A stretch of DNA of 64,000 bases from Balamuthia mandrillaris (taxonomy: Eukaryota). The stretch lies in contig JAVKOQ020000077.1 in the NCBI GenBank assembly GCA_031835245.2, positions 62,001 to 126,000 of the forward strand, read 5' to 3'. A program made the translations under genes and the position numbers. Below are positions 1-12,200 of the stretch, piece after piece; the first letter of the stretch is position 1, and each line of letters begins with the position of its first letter. The notes beneath the pieces are model-generated. The model worked only from the letters and a program-made list of their open reading frames with translations, was not told where the DNA came from and made no database searches.

Positions 1-490
1 AGGAGGACAAGATTTGCCGCAGACCGAAGAACAATTTGCGCAGGAAATGCCCCCTATAATCAGGAAGCTCTGGGCGTTTATGCGCATTGGGGAGGGAGGG
101 TGCGTCAAAACTCATTTCCCTTTGAAGAATGCCCCTCACCGGAAATGCAAGGAATACCTGCCGAGAAGCTCAGGGGAAGAATTGACGTGAAGGAGCTTCT
201 CTCCTACAAACCGGGTTCGTTTTTGCTCCTTATGGTACCTGGCTTAATGATGCTCATGATTGTTATACACAAAAAACAAAAAAAAGAGGAATGTGACACA
301 GTAATAGTGGAAGAGCGTGGATTGAAGAAGTACAAGATTGAGGGCCTTTTCACTTGGGACTTTATGCGGGACATACGAAGCCTCGGACCTCTCCAAGTTA
401 CGCAGGCATGGCTTCGTGAAGGATATTGACACCATGGAGAGGGCGGTGGCCTTCTTTGATGGGTTGTGCATCAACAAAGTCATTCCTTAG
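1..490 (+). pseudogene. 3' end of an unknown gene, apparently frame-disrupted (partial at window edge)
   Basis: Protein-like segments lie in different frames (GQDLPQTEEQFAQEMPPIIRKLW; ..GRIDVKELLSYKP|gt..ag|..GPLQVTQAWL; KDIDTMERAVAFFDGLCINKVIP*). No domain recognised. Confidence 0.3.
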
Positions 491-590
491 TGCCCTTCCT
501 CCTAAAAGAATGAGTAGACAACATCAGCACCCTCAACAAAAAAGAGAGGAAATAAAGGTAGGTTGTTTACCTTGCTCTTAAACAAATGTG

Positions 591-3500
591 TTACTGTAGG
601 ATGCACCGAATGGAAGATTCAGCAGCGTTGTTGTTAGACAGGTAAAATTGTTGAGAAGAAGGTCGTCTTCGTCGTCGCTGTCGCGGCTGTTGTGCTTGGC
701 CTCCATTCGACGCCAACGTCGGAGATGTCGTTGTAGAAGAGGCGAGGCGTTGGCGCGGTGTTGTTGGAGCAGATGCTGGCAAAGCCGAAGTCGAAGAAGC
801 AGACGATGAAGCTGAAGAAGATGGAGAAGCATAAAGAATGTTGTTGGAAGAAGGAGATGGGGCAGCAACAACAGGTCGTTGTGGAGTGTGCGTTTGGCTG
901 ATGAGCCTTCTCCTGGTTCTGGTGCTGCTTGCTGCTGTGAAGAAACGAAGCCAAGTCGAGTCTGAGGAAGCAGTGTAAGGCAAAGAGGGGCGGTCAGTCT
1001 TTCTGGAGGCGGACACGAGCGAACGTTGTGGCGTGGATGGTGAAGAGGAGGTCCCTCGTGGCGTTGTTGGGTTGGTTTTGGAGAGAGAAAGGCCTAATGC
1101 TTGGTGGAGGCTGGTATCTCTTCTTATAGAAAGCTGCACCAAATCGAACAACCGAATAACTCCTCTGTATTTTTTTTGTTAGTTGCATTAAATGTAAAAG
1201 AAAGAAACATAAAGAAGTTAAACTAACCTGTTGCTGAGAGCGCTACAAGCAGCAATACCTGGATAGCCTTGCACGCGAGAGGCCCGCAAGAGGTCCAGCT
1301 TGGTATAGGCCAAGATGCGTTGTTTGTTGGGGAAGCTCCTCTCTAGAATGGTCTTCCATCGATTCTCTGCAAAGTGACTGCCATCCAATGGTTGAACCGA
1401 GATTCTAGGCGCATCCTCCAAGGATTGACAAATCACAAACACGTCCACTTTCCTCTTTTCTTGCAGTTCACAAAGCATTTGTTGGATGCGTTCATCTTCT
1501 TCCTCTTTCTCAATCACTGTCGTTTGTTTATCATCGTCATCATCAATTTCTTTCTCTTTCTCTTTTCCTTTTTCTTCTTTTTCTTCGCTTTCTTCACGTT
1601 TGGTTTGTTGCTGGAAACGAGTTGGCGGAGAGGGATACTGAAAGACGCTGAGGCTGAATAAAACGGGCTGACCAAAGTAAGAATTGACGGAGACCATGCA
1701 AGCGCTTAGCTCTTCCCCGCGCTTCCAACCGGTGCCACTCATCATGCTGCTGAATGCTGTGATAAGGCTTTTCTTGCCGGAGCCCGCATCTCCCACTATT
1801 ACACAGGATACGTTCTTCCAACGTAGAGTCCGTTCCAAGTAAAGCTTTGCCCAGTCCCTCGCTTTAACAAAAAATAAAAGAAAGAGGAGTAAGAAAAGAC
1901 AAAAAGCAAAGACAAAATGTTTGACACCAGAAGATAGAAGAGGAAAGAGAAACAAAGAACGTACAATGAGATTCTGATTGGTCCAGAACATCGGGCCACC
2001 CCATAGACCGACAAAATGGCAGCCAAAGGCTGGCATCTCTACTCAACCGAAAAAGGCGGCTGTCCACAAGGCTTGTTCGAACTAAATCAGCTGGGTCTAA
2101 GTAGAAAAGCAACCGAAGTATCTTTGGTGCAAAAGAACAGGGTAAGTTAGAAGTGAAGAAGGGAAAGAAGCACAAGAAGAAGAGGAACAAGAAGTACAAA
2201 CCAATTCCTCACTAAGGCAGTAAAACCAACAAGTCATCATCTGTTTTTCTTCGTTTGCAGTGATGGATGGCAACGCAAGCTTTGGCATGACAGGAACATC
2301 GGGTACCTTGGAAGAAGAAGAAGAAGAAGAAGAAGAAGAAGAAGAAGAAGAAGAAGAAGAAGAAGAAGAAGGAGATAATGAAGAAGAAGAAGAAGAAGAA
2401 GAACAAGAAGGAGAAGAAGAAGCAGAAGAAGCTACAGGAGCAGAATCGACCTCGTAGGAAGCGGAATGGTGGTAAGTCTTCTTGCCTATCATCAAGAGAT
2501 CAGCAGCCAGTCGCACGCTATTCTTTCTATCCTTCATGGTCTTTGCAGTATCTCCACTTACTTGAATGATAGGAGTGCTCCTAGGAACTCTGTCATCCTC
2601 TTTTTCTTCTTTCCCTTTTTGTTCCATTTGAGCCTTTTCTCTGCTTTCTTTTAACAACTTTTGCCACTCTCTTTCTTTTGTCTTCCATTCGAGTTCCGTT
2701 TGGGTTGCTTTCTCTGTTGCACTTTTAAGTTCCTGTTTTAGTTGTTGCACTAGTTCTTGCAGCAGATTTAACTCTTTCTCTTTCTCTTTCTCTTTCTCTT
2801 TCTCTATCTCTTTATCTTTCTCGTACGTTTCCACTTTTTTATCGGTTCCTTTCTCTGCGTCAGCCACTTGACTGTTGGTAGTAGATTGCTCCAAACGTTT
2901 CTCCAGAGCAACCACTTGATCTTTTAACTGCTGCATTTCTTTCTTTCTGACAGCGTCTTGTCTCATGGATAGTTTCATCTGGCGTATCTTCTCTTCCTTC
3001 AACCTTCCGTTTTCTCTCATCCTTCTGTTCTCCATCTCTTCCAGCTCTTTGCGAAGAACTTGTACTTCTTGACACTTTTCTTCCAATGCCACCATCAGCT
3101 TGTTTGTTTCGTCTTCTTGTCCCTTCTCTGCTTCTGTCTCTCCTTTTTGTTCGGCTTCCTTGTTCATCTCTTCAGTTTGTGTTGCTTCAAGGACCTGTTG
3201 TCGCAATCGCTGACTTTCTTGTTGTCTTTCGTCCTCTTTGATCCGTTCCCACTCTCTTTCTTTCCGCCTAAACTCCTCTCGCTCTTGTTCTTCTTTGCGT
3301 TCCATCTCCCGTTGATGTTCTCTCTGCCGCTCCAATTCCCTCTCCTTCTCTCTCGCTCTTCGCTCTATCTCCAGCATTTTGCTCAGCTCGTCGCACTTTT
3401 CCCGCCAGACTTTCAACTCTCTTCTTACTTCCTTTCTTTGGCGTTTGTGGCGTTCCTCTTCCTCCGTCTTTTGTTGCAATTGCGCCATCAGCTGACGTCT

Positions 3501-4401
3501 CTGGCGCTTCAGAACAGGTAACTTTTGTGACCGTTTTGCCTCGTTCTGGAGTTCTTTCCTCAAGTCATCTATTTCTGTGCATAGATTTAGAAACAAAGAG
3601 AAGGAAAGAACAGGAAGAGAACTGAAAGAGAAGCAGAGAAGAGATGCGGAGAAAGCAAAACAAGAGAGAACGCGAGCATTCATGAGCGCTAGAGACGTAG
3701 AAGAGCGAACCTAGTTGCAACATTTGCTGCTTGGCTTCGGCAGCCTTGCGTTCCTCCTCAAATTTTGGGAGGAGGAGGTGGAGGGCTTCGACCTCAACTC
3801 CAGCAGCAGCTTCTCTCTCCTTGTCTAGAGAGTGGTTGGCAGCCCCCGAACTACAGTGAGCTCTCTCCAACGCCGTCAAAGTGGTCATCGCCGCCTCCAA
3901 GCTCCGTTCCAGCGCCAGCTGCTCCTCCGCCATGGCTCTGAGCTCCTCAAAGCTATCCACCAGCTTTCTTTTGAGCTCTTCTTCCGCCTCCTGGTTTGAT
4001 CGTTTCCCCGCTGCTTTCGGCTGTTCGCTGATCAACGTATTTGAGGTCGTTGTTGTTGTTGTTGCCGCAACCAGCTGTTCCAAGCCGGAGAGAAGGGAGG
4101 CGAGCAGCTCCAACGTTTGGTTTACATGTTGCTGTTCCGCCTCTATTTCTTGCCAATGTAGGCTCAACCTCTGCAACTGCGCCCCCACTGTGTTTTTTCG
4201 GCCAACCTGCTCTTCTCCCGTGGCTGTTGCTGTTGCTGTTGCTTCTTCTTCGATCCGTTCGGGCTCGCTCTCCTTCTCCTTGGCGAGCAGAACGGAGGAG
4301 AGCAGGGAGAGCTTGTCGTGGACTTGGGCTTGGTCCTCGCTCATGCTCTCCAAGGAGCTCAGCACTTGCCGCAACTGTTCCACCCGTTCCACCGCCAACA
4401 T
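591..4401 (-). CDS. Coiled-coil + F-box + Rho-like (pseudo)GTPase fusion with C-terminal CaaX; about 5 exons, ~1,140 aa
   Basis: Phase-consistent GT-AG joins link ORFs 3565-4464, 2097-3683, 1864-2199, 1218-2036 and 591-1151. F-box CLSEEL|ILRLLFYLDPADLVRTSLVDSRLFRLSRDASLW; P-loop VIVGDAGSGKKSL; G4 TKLD; G5 CSAL..GVIRLFD; ends CILQ*. Confidence 0.75.
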
Positions 4402-4593
4402 GTTTTTTTTTTCTTTTTTTGTTGGGCGTTGAATGGTGGTGGTGGTGGTGGGGTTACCCGCCAAACCTTTCTTCTTCCCTTTCTTTTTTTTTTGAAGGTG
4501 GCCGTTATGTTCACGTCGTCGTGATCATATGTGTCACGTCGTCTTGGGAGAACGAATGTATTTCCTGCCGACATTCATGTCGTCCCGTATTAT

Positions 4594-5951
4594 TTAAAAG
4601 TTAACGTGACCAGCGGGTGCCGCCCCGCCCGCTTCCGCTCTGTGGTGCCGCACCCACCGGAAGGTGAGCGCCCCTGCGATCAGACCGGACAACAACAACG
4701 CACCAAGCAGCGTGGTCACAATCGGTATCCACACCTTGACGTTCTCATCTTCTCCATCTTCTCCATCTGCTGCTGGGTCCTCTATTTGAAGCAGCATTCC
4801 CAACTCAGGGTCATAGAAGGTGTCCGTCCCTCCGGGGAAGAACAACTCCACGATTTGGCCTTTGACAACCCCGTTCTCCTGGTACTGGCTAGCCATCATA
4901 AAATCCATCAGCTCGAAGCCTTGTTTCATTCTCAGCGGTTTCTCTTGACAAACTCGGAGGATCAGCCAAGGAGAACAAGCACTGTTATTGAGTTTAGGGA
5001 TGAGAATGGAACTGAAAAAAAAATTCATAAAGATATGGAATGAAAGCAACAGCACGAACAAACATTCACGGAGTGCTCACCTGAGTCAAATGTAATTGAA
5101 AGTTGGCGTTGTTTTTTGCCTGCAAGTAATATACCTGTTGCCACTGCGAAGGCCTTTCCAAACCCAGATTGAAGGCGCCAAAGAAGACGCTGCAACAAGT
5201 TGTCTCTTCAGACAGGAACACAGCAAGAGTGATGGCATGTGCCCAAAGATTTTCTGGATACGGCCCATGCATTTGTGAGGTGTAGTTGCTGATCTTTAGC
5301 GAGAACTTTATCGTGTTGGGTCTCAAAGCTAAAACTCTTTCTGTCTGACCGTTGCTGTCATCACAAGCGAGAATAATGGAGGCAAAAGGCATGAAGGAAT
5401 GAAAGAACAAAGTGAAGGGGAGGTAGGACAATTGGAGGAATAGGGGAAGGGACAAGAAAGACCAGAACGAACCTCATCGACCGATTTTCTGGAGTTCTTA
5501 TAGCCTCCCAGAGAAGCGTGGTGATTGACCCAGGCGAACCAAGCTGGTTCGTTCTAAATGTGACTTGCTGCAATTCACCCGTTTCAGACTCTTCCACCAA
5601 TTCCCTGTCCCATTGGAGCTGCTTCAACTCCACGTAGTCGGTGGTGGAGCCAGAGTCATGGTTGCAGCTGAGATAGTCGCCTGGAACTAGTGACTGTTTG
5701 CAACACCGACAGTCGCCCATCTCTCGATGAAAGAGAGGGGCCATGCCACCATAATGTTCCTCGCTGACTTGCCCTGTTCGTGGGTCGGTGGGATAGACCC
5801 TCACCGAAGGGTGAGCGAAAGGAAAGCGAGCGACCACCCCGTCCGTCACCAGTTCCACAGGGCCATCTGGGTGGAACGTTTCATCTTTGAAAGGTCGCTG
5901 TGCAAGAAGGGATGGAGCACAAAGAATAAGAAGAAGACCCAACCTTATCAT
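4594..5951 (-). CDS. Type I membrane protein (signal peptide, extracellular beta-rich domain possibly ComC-supersandwich-like, C-terminal TM)
   Basis: Signal MIRLGLLLILCAPSLLAQ; motifs PNTIKFSLKISNY and FYDPELGMLL; TM VWIPIVTTLLGALLLSGLIAGAL; about 3 exons. Confidence 0.6.
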
Positions 5952-6209
5952 GTTTTGCTTTTTTTTTTCCAACGCAGCCAAGTTTTGTTTGCGTGGCCAT
6001 GGAAAGATTTTACTAAATGAAAGGCATCTTGCGATGCCCTGACGTTAATTCAGGCCTCCCAAGTCCCAACCGGATTTGAGCGCGCTAGCCATAATCTCTC
6101 CGAAATTGCCACTGGAGTAAGATCTGATTCTCTCCTCCCTCTTCTTCTTGTTCTTCGTTCTTCTCCCTTTTTCTCCTTGCTGCTCACTCTTCTTTATTTG
6201 CTCTACATC

Positions 6210-6390
6210 TGCTGTTCTTGTTCTCCTTGTTCTTGTTCTTGTTCTTGTTCTTCTTCTTGTTCTTGTTCTTGTTCTTGTTCTTGTTCTTGTTCTTGTTCTT
6301 GTTCTTGTCTTGTTCTTGTTCTTGTTCTTGTTCTTCTCCTTCTCCTGCTTCTTCTTGTTCTTGTTCTTTTTCTACTTCTTCTTCTTCTTC
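6210..6390. repeat. (TTCTTG)n/(TTC)n microsatellite, intergenic
   Basis: Tandem hexamer visible in the sequence. Confidence 0.9.
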
Positions 6391-6503
6391 TGACCAGATG
6401 GGAATCAATGTTTATGTGTAGATGAACGGAAACGTTTTCGTGTTACAAAGTCAGCGAGGGTGGTCGGCTCTCTCACCAACTAATGACAAATCAAGCATCA
6501 TTT

Positions 6504-7391
6504 TTAGCTTTGCAGCTTCTGCCCCTCATGCACCCTTGCTTCAGGCAAGGTTGGAGCACGCGAGCTCCATTTGCCTTCCTTTTTTCGGCTGGTCTCAAGT
6601 GGCGGCTGTGGTGGAGAAGCTTCGTCGCTTGAGTAGCCTTTTCTTGTAGCTTGGCGCTGATGGTCAGTCACGCTTCCAAAGATGCTCTCATGTAGTTGTT
6701 GTGTTTGCAAACGGATAGTTCCGACAGTTTCTTCCAAACGATAGTTCTCCATATATGCTGCTTGCATTTCTGAGAAAGAAATAAGCCAAATACCGAAACG
6801 TAATTTTTGGAACGCCGGGATTACTTACTCTCTAATAGTAGCGTGTTCTCCGTAGACGTGTTTGCAAGAAAGTCGTTAAGCTTTTCAAGACAAGCCTGGT
6901 ACATCGTTTGTAGCTTTATCGTAGTTTCTTTGATTTCCAAAGGCAATGAGAAAGTGTTTTCACCCTTTACCAGAAACAACCATCGTACCTTCGATAAGTT
7001 GACCTCTTCGGTTGTGGATGTCTTGCATCTTGGCTTGTAGCTCCCGAATAACCTCAAACCCTGGCCCTCCGTAATCATCCGCATCGAAGGCGCTGCCCTC
7101 AGGTGCGTCGCTACGTTCTTCACTGCCGCTGTCTCTTCCAGAACTGTCGGCTGCTTCTTGATGGTCGCCGTCCACCCCCTCTGCTACGCGATTTCCTTCC
7201 CCTTGTTGCCTCTGTTCGTCGGTAGCTCGCTTCTTGTTGTGGATGAGCTCATCGTCCTCTTGGACAGGCTGGTCATGTTTGGTTTCGATGACACACGAGA
7301 GTTTAGTCGGGGCGGGAAGGTTAAAAAACAAACCACTACGTACTACCGTTTGAGCTCTGTCTCGTTTCGTTCCTTTTTGTTTTTCCTCCAT
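6504..7391 (-). CDS. Small 4-exon coiled-coil protein (weak SYCE2-like pattern)
   Basis: Spliced product ..EVIRELQAKMQDIHNRRGQLIE|ETTIKLQTMYQACLEKLNDFLANTSTENTLLLESK|MQAAYMENYRLEETVGTIRLQTQQLHESIFG..; canonical GT-AG introns keep the frame. Confidence 0.6.
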
Positions 7392-7742
7392 CCTTGTGCT
7401 GGTTCTCTCTCCCTTGACTTAAAAAAAAACAAACAGGGGTGACCCGCTACTCTTTTCGAGTCGCTTCTTTCTGCTACTCTTCCTGGCCCTCTCTTTGCGA
7501 CGTGTTTGTTTTCTTTCTTCTTTGGGCTTCTTTTTTTTTTTCTTTTTGCTGGCCCCTCCGGACAATGGTGATGAGGATGTGACGTTCCATCCAACGCCAC
7601 ACAAAAAGATGAGGATTGCGGAAAATCCAAAAAAAGGCGGGAAAAAATCAGGTCGACAAAAAAAGGATATGTTATTCTTTCTTTCTCGCTTCTTGCTTGC
7701 TGCCACATCAAACCCCCTCTTCTTGCTTGGTTTTGGTGCACT

Positions 7743-9092
7743 TCATCCAGAAAGCCCAACAAAAGAAAGCAATCCGTCCGCGGCGTTCACGTTCACTCCA
7801 AAGAAGTTCCACAGAAGGCTCCTGGAGTTGCTCTGCTCGTTCAGGCACCAGGTCCACAGCCACACGGCAAAGCAAAGCGTGAAGACAACAAAGAAGGAGA
7901 GGGCTGACAAGATGCCATTCCCTGCTCGTCCTTCCTCGTCCTCTTGAGAAGATTCAACTACGATTCGTGGTTGTGCATTTGCTTTGCTTTGTTCATTGTT
8001 GTTGTTTCGCTTTGTCCACTTTGAGTTGTTGTTGTAGCCAGAATATTCGTTGTCATCCCTCCAGTTGTCCTCAAACACAAAGTCATCGCCACGATTGCGG
8101 TACAACGCATCTCCTTCGTCTTCTTCTTCTTCTCCTCCTCCTTCCTCCTCCTCGGCTTCTTTCTCTTTCCATTTGTACGGATCTTCCTTTTCTTTGTCTT
8201 TGTCACCATTCTTCTTACTGTTGCTGCTGTCGTTGGCGCCGCGATAAGGCGAAGAAGGGGTCAGAAAAGAAATGCCTTGGTCGTACTGCTGGTCATCGTC
8301 TCGGGTCAAAAAGTCATCATAGTCCTTCCTGGTCCCCTCCATCACAAAAGAGTTGCCTCTTTGAAGACTCTCGATGGATTCCAGCTCCGAGGCCAACGAC
8401 CTGATCTCCTCCCTCCTTCTTTGCGTTTGCGGGGTCAAAGCAGCAGAGGAAGAAGGAGAGGAGAATGACAGGTTCAACAACTCATCCTCGTGGTCAGAGG
8501 ACTCCTCTTCTGAGTAGTTTGGAGTTGAGGTGCTCTCCTTCTCCTTCTCTTTGCCTCCTCTTCGAAGGAGAGGCGTGGAAGGAAGCCTCCAACGATCCAA
8601 TCCTAAGAACGAACCTCTTCTGCTCCGTCTTCTGTTGCTGGTTGAGGAGGAGATAGAAAAGCTGGAGCGGCCAGACTTCTTGGCGCCATAGGCCAAGACA
8701 TGAATGGTTCGAATGGGGCGCACGATGTTGCGACGCTCCAGCAGGTCCTCGGGGGCAAACAGGTCCTTCTCCTGAAAGCCGATCTCTCGGCACTGGTTGA
8801 GGAAGGACTCAATGTTCTCATGGTGGCGGTAGGAGTAGGGGCGCGAGCGCAGCACCCATGGCACGGTGTTTGGCCAAATGGCCTCCACGATGTCACAGAG
8901 CACTCGCCCGTCGACGAGGGCGTCAAAGAGGCCGCGCCAGTCGGAGGGCAGCTGATGGCCGGTCACGTTGCGGATCCAAGCCACCGCCTCCTTCACTTTC
9001 TTCCTGAACTTTTTGGCGCGTTTGATCAGCAACTTTTTTCGTTCCGGGTCATAGGGCAGAGCAAACGTAGCAGAGGAGGAAAGAGGTTCCAT
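7743..9092 (-). CDS. Calponin-homology (CH) domain protein with C-terminal transmembrane anchor
   Basis: EAVAWIRNVTG..LFDALVDGRVLCDIVEAIWP..ENIESFLNQCREIG..LFAPEDL..RNIVRPIRTIHVL is a calponin/Vav-type CH motif; TM ILSALSFFVVFTLCFAVWLWTWCL; single exon. Confidence 0.85.
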   Translation of the reverse strand: MEPLSSSATFALPYDPERKKLLIKRAKKFRKKVKEAVAWIRNVTGHQLPSDWRGLFDALVDGRVLCDIVEAIWPNTVPWVLRSRPYSYRHHENIESFLNQCREIGFQEKDLFAPEDLLERRNIVRPIRTIHVLAYGAKKSGRSSFSISSSTSNRRRSRRGSFLGLDRWRLPSTPLLRRGGKEKEKESTSTPNYSEEESSDHEDELLNLSFSSPSSSAALTPQTQRRREEIRSLASELESIESLQRGNSFVMEGTRKDYDDFLTRDDDQQYDQGISFLTPSSPYRGANDSSNSKKNGDKDKEKEDPYKWKEKEAEEEEGGGEEEEDEGDALYRNRGDDFVFEDNWRDDNEYSGYNNNSKWTKRNNNNEQSKANAQPRIVVESSQEDEEGRAGNGILSALSFFVVFTLCFAVWLWTWCLNEQSNSRSLLWNFFGVNVNAADGLLSFVGLSG

Positions 9093-9287
9093 TTTTATTT
9101 TTTGTTTGCCTTTGCGCCCGCCGAGAGACAACAACGCGGCGATGAGAAACCGTTGCTTTTCTCTGTCTCGTCTTTCTTTCTTTTCCGTTATCTGGTGGTT
9201 TATTTTTGTCGACATTAGATCCATTATTGTCGACATGGATAATAATCGGGGTTTATCAAGAAGGTTTGCAAATATTAACAATATTTT

Positions 9288-12200
9288 TCAGCGCAGTTCG
9301 TTTTTCTTCTTCATGGCGGAAACAACGCGCAGCATTTTCTCCCGCGGAAAGGCCCAGGGCTGACGGCGACCATGACCCCCAGAAAGACTGGCGAATGGTT
9401 CGCCAACGCGAAGGAGGGCTGTTGCTTCGGTGGTGTCCAGCAGAGGGATCATGCTGGGCCTTCCGTGCGCGCACTGAAAGGGGAGATCGCAGGTGGCCAC
9501 CATCCCTAACATCATCTCGCATTCGCGCTTTGTCAATGCATCCCCAAACATTATCGCATCTTATATGTTGTTTTGCAAACAAGAAATAATGGTTAGATCA
9601 GAGAATAGCAGAAAGGGAAAAGGGAGAGAGAAGCAGTACTTCGACACGACTTGCTCTGAAGCAGTCGAATGATGGCTTTGGGTTTGGTGATGCGGGACCC
9701 GCGGGTCTCGTCCAACTGAACCACAAACTCTTTGAGGTCTTCAGGCTTGTTCAGAGCAACGTTCAACACGGAAGGCACCGCCTGGACCATTATGCTGCCT
9801 TCTCCTTCACTGTATAACATTTGCATCAGTAAACTAGGATACAAAAAAAGAAGAAGAAGAACAAGAAGAAGATGAAAGGAAGAAGGAACCTATGGTACAT
9901 CCGAACGGAGAAGCGATAACCCCAACTTTCGATCTGAGCTCTGTACAATTCAAACAATCTACACTCCCTTGATGTTGCTTTGAAGTCCATCTCTCCAGCA
10001 GCGATGGCCTGGCTTTGGATGTTTCGTTCGTCTCCATTCACACCAAATACATCCTTGAATAGCTTCTCCAATCCTATTCGTTCATCCACTGCATGTTGAT
10101 CCAATATATACCTACATTCAAATTTAAGTGTGAGAAGATGAGGAAGAAGAAGAAAACAAGGAGAAGCAGAAGAAGAATGAGAGGAATAAAAGAACGTACA
10201 AAAATCCGCTTTCTTCAGTTAGAATAAACTTATTGTCCACCTGATTGATGACACGCATTCGGTGAACAAGGTCCTTGGTGATGGTAGCAGAAGCTCCTCT
10301 CAACGCTCTGCCAAGATCGTTGTTTGCTCCTATGTCCATTATTCGTTCTTCTCCAGCACTTCCATAAGTTCGTTTTCCCTGTTTAAAGAGATGAGCGACA
10401 TGGTTTAACGTCCAAAAAGAAAAGTTTTAAGTCGAGGGAAGAAGAAATATACCTGGAGGAGCTCTAACAAGAAAGGGTCGATTTTCGGACGTTGAGGTTC
10501 CTTGTTATGTTCAACTAGTTGCATTGTATGCACAGAAGCTATCTCTGGCGAACTTTCCTCTTTCTCTGCCTCTTCTTCTTTCACTTGGACTGATTTTTCA
10601 TCGCTCACGATATCCGTTTCCACAGCTTGAAGGTGGGTAAAATTGTTGTCAAATAAAGCCTCCACACAAACACGTGTGCTACACGGAGGATTCTTGTGAA
10701 CTGCACGAGTGGCAGGTACATAGAACGGAGGTCCCGAATTCGTACGTTGCAACCTTCTTCGTTTCGTCGGGGGATCATCAACCGGCTCAGCAGCATGGGA
10801 TACGTTACAGGGTGAATTGCTGCTTTTTATCAAGTGCTCTTCATTTGAAGATTGATGAGAAGGGACGTTAGCGAAGGCAGAAGAAGAGGGGGGTGGAGTG
10901 CTGCGTGACAAAATAAAGGGTGCCTCCTCGTCACTACTCGAAGTAGATAGACCTGGAGATTGGTGTTGCACATGAGAGTGATGATGAGGTGAAAGAGGCT
11001 TTGCATAGCCAAGAGGTTTGCCAGAAGAATTTGAAAATGGAGTAGTAGTTTTGGTTTGAAAGTTGCCAAGTTTTCGTTTGCGAGTGGAAGATGCATCCAA
11101 ACTGGTGACAGGAAACGGAGGTAGCGCTCGTGAGTGGGAAGAGAGAGTAGGAGGAGGGGGGAGATGAGCGAATACGCTTCTAGATCGCTGCAGCAACTCC
11201 TTTTCAGAAGAAGACGAAGGATACGCAGGCTTTGGAGCTGAACTCCGTGTTGGAGGGTGGCTTGTAATAGGCGCACCACGAATAGTGGTGGGTTGAAGCA
11301 TGGCGTCTGCAATCGAGTAAGAGGAAGCAGAAGAAGCAAACGAAGAAGAGGAAGAAGAGGAGGAAGAAGAAGAAGAAAAAGAACAAGAAGAAGAGGCTGC
11401 ACGCTCCACGGGCGTGGGGGTTGCGGATGTACTGACAATTACCGGAGAAAAGACGAACTGCTCCAAGTCTACATCACACGTGATGTACTCGCCTTCAAAG
11501 TCCTCTTCCTCTTCTTCCAGACTGTAAGCACGGCTCGTTTCTTCCACCACATGGTGATCAGCTTCCTGTTCTTTACCCTTGACTTGTGGAAGTTCGTGGG
11601 ATTCCATCTCTTGACTTTCATAGGACTCGTCCTCTCGTGATTGAGAACTGTCAGTTGTGAGACAAGAAGATGTTTCATCGTCTTCCTGGCTGGATTCGAT
11701 GGCGAGGCCTCTGCCTTTCAGCTGCTTTTCCACAATTTCTGCCAACAACTTATTTACAGCGTGAAATACTTTGTCCCAGTTCTAAATCAACAACGATAAT
11801 TCGTAAGCTGAAAAATGATTAACGAAAAAAGGAGGAGAGCAAGAAAGGTTAAGCAAAAACCTTAAATTCAACAAGGGTTTTGGCAGGTTCAAAGGTAATA
11901 TCGTAGATCGTTGGAGGGCAGTCGATGTTCACCACAAACATTGGATATTTGTCATAGATACGTTTAGGAGAAGACGCAGCCCCGCCACGAATCTTGCTTG
12001 CAACAAAGGGCTGGGTTGACTTCCCATCTTCTGCCGACGCAGCAACTTCGCTGTTTTCTTCCTCGTCATCGGTGCGGAAGGAATGTTTGGATGCCAAAAA
12101 CTTCCATTTTCGATTTATGTGGCTGTGAAGCGGGGTTTTGGTGATGTACCGTCGGTTCAAGTCTGGTTCCAAAGTTTAGAGAATGAAACAAATATACATA

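Noticed and set aside
6023..6054. Two adjacent small hairpins (GGCATC/GATGCC; CCTGA/TCAGG)
   Set aside because: 5-6-bp stems are within chance expectation.
6821..7123. Apparent frameshift between overlapping ORFs 6960-7391 and 6821-7123
   Set aside because: Resolved by a short GT-AG intron (~6930-6988).
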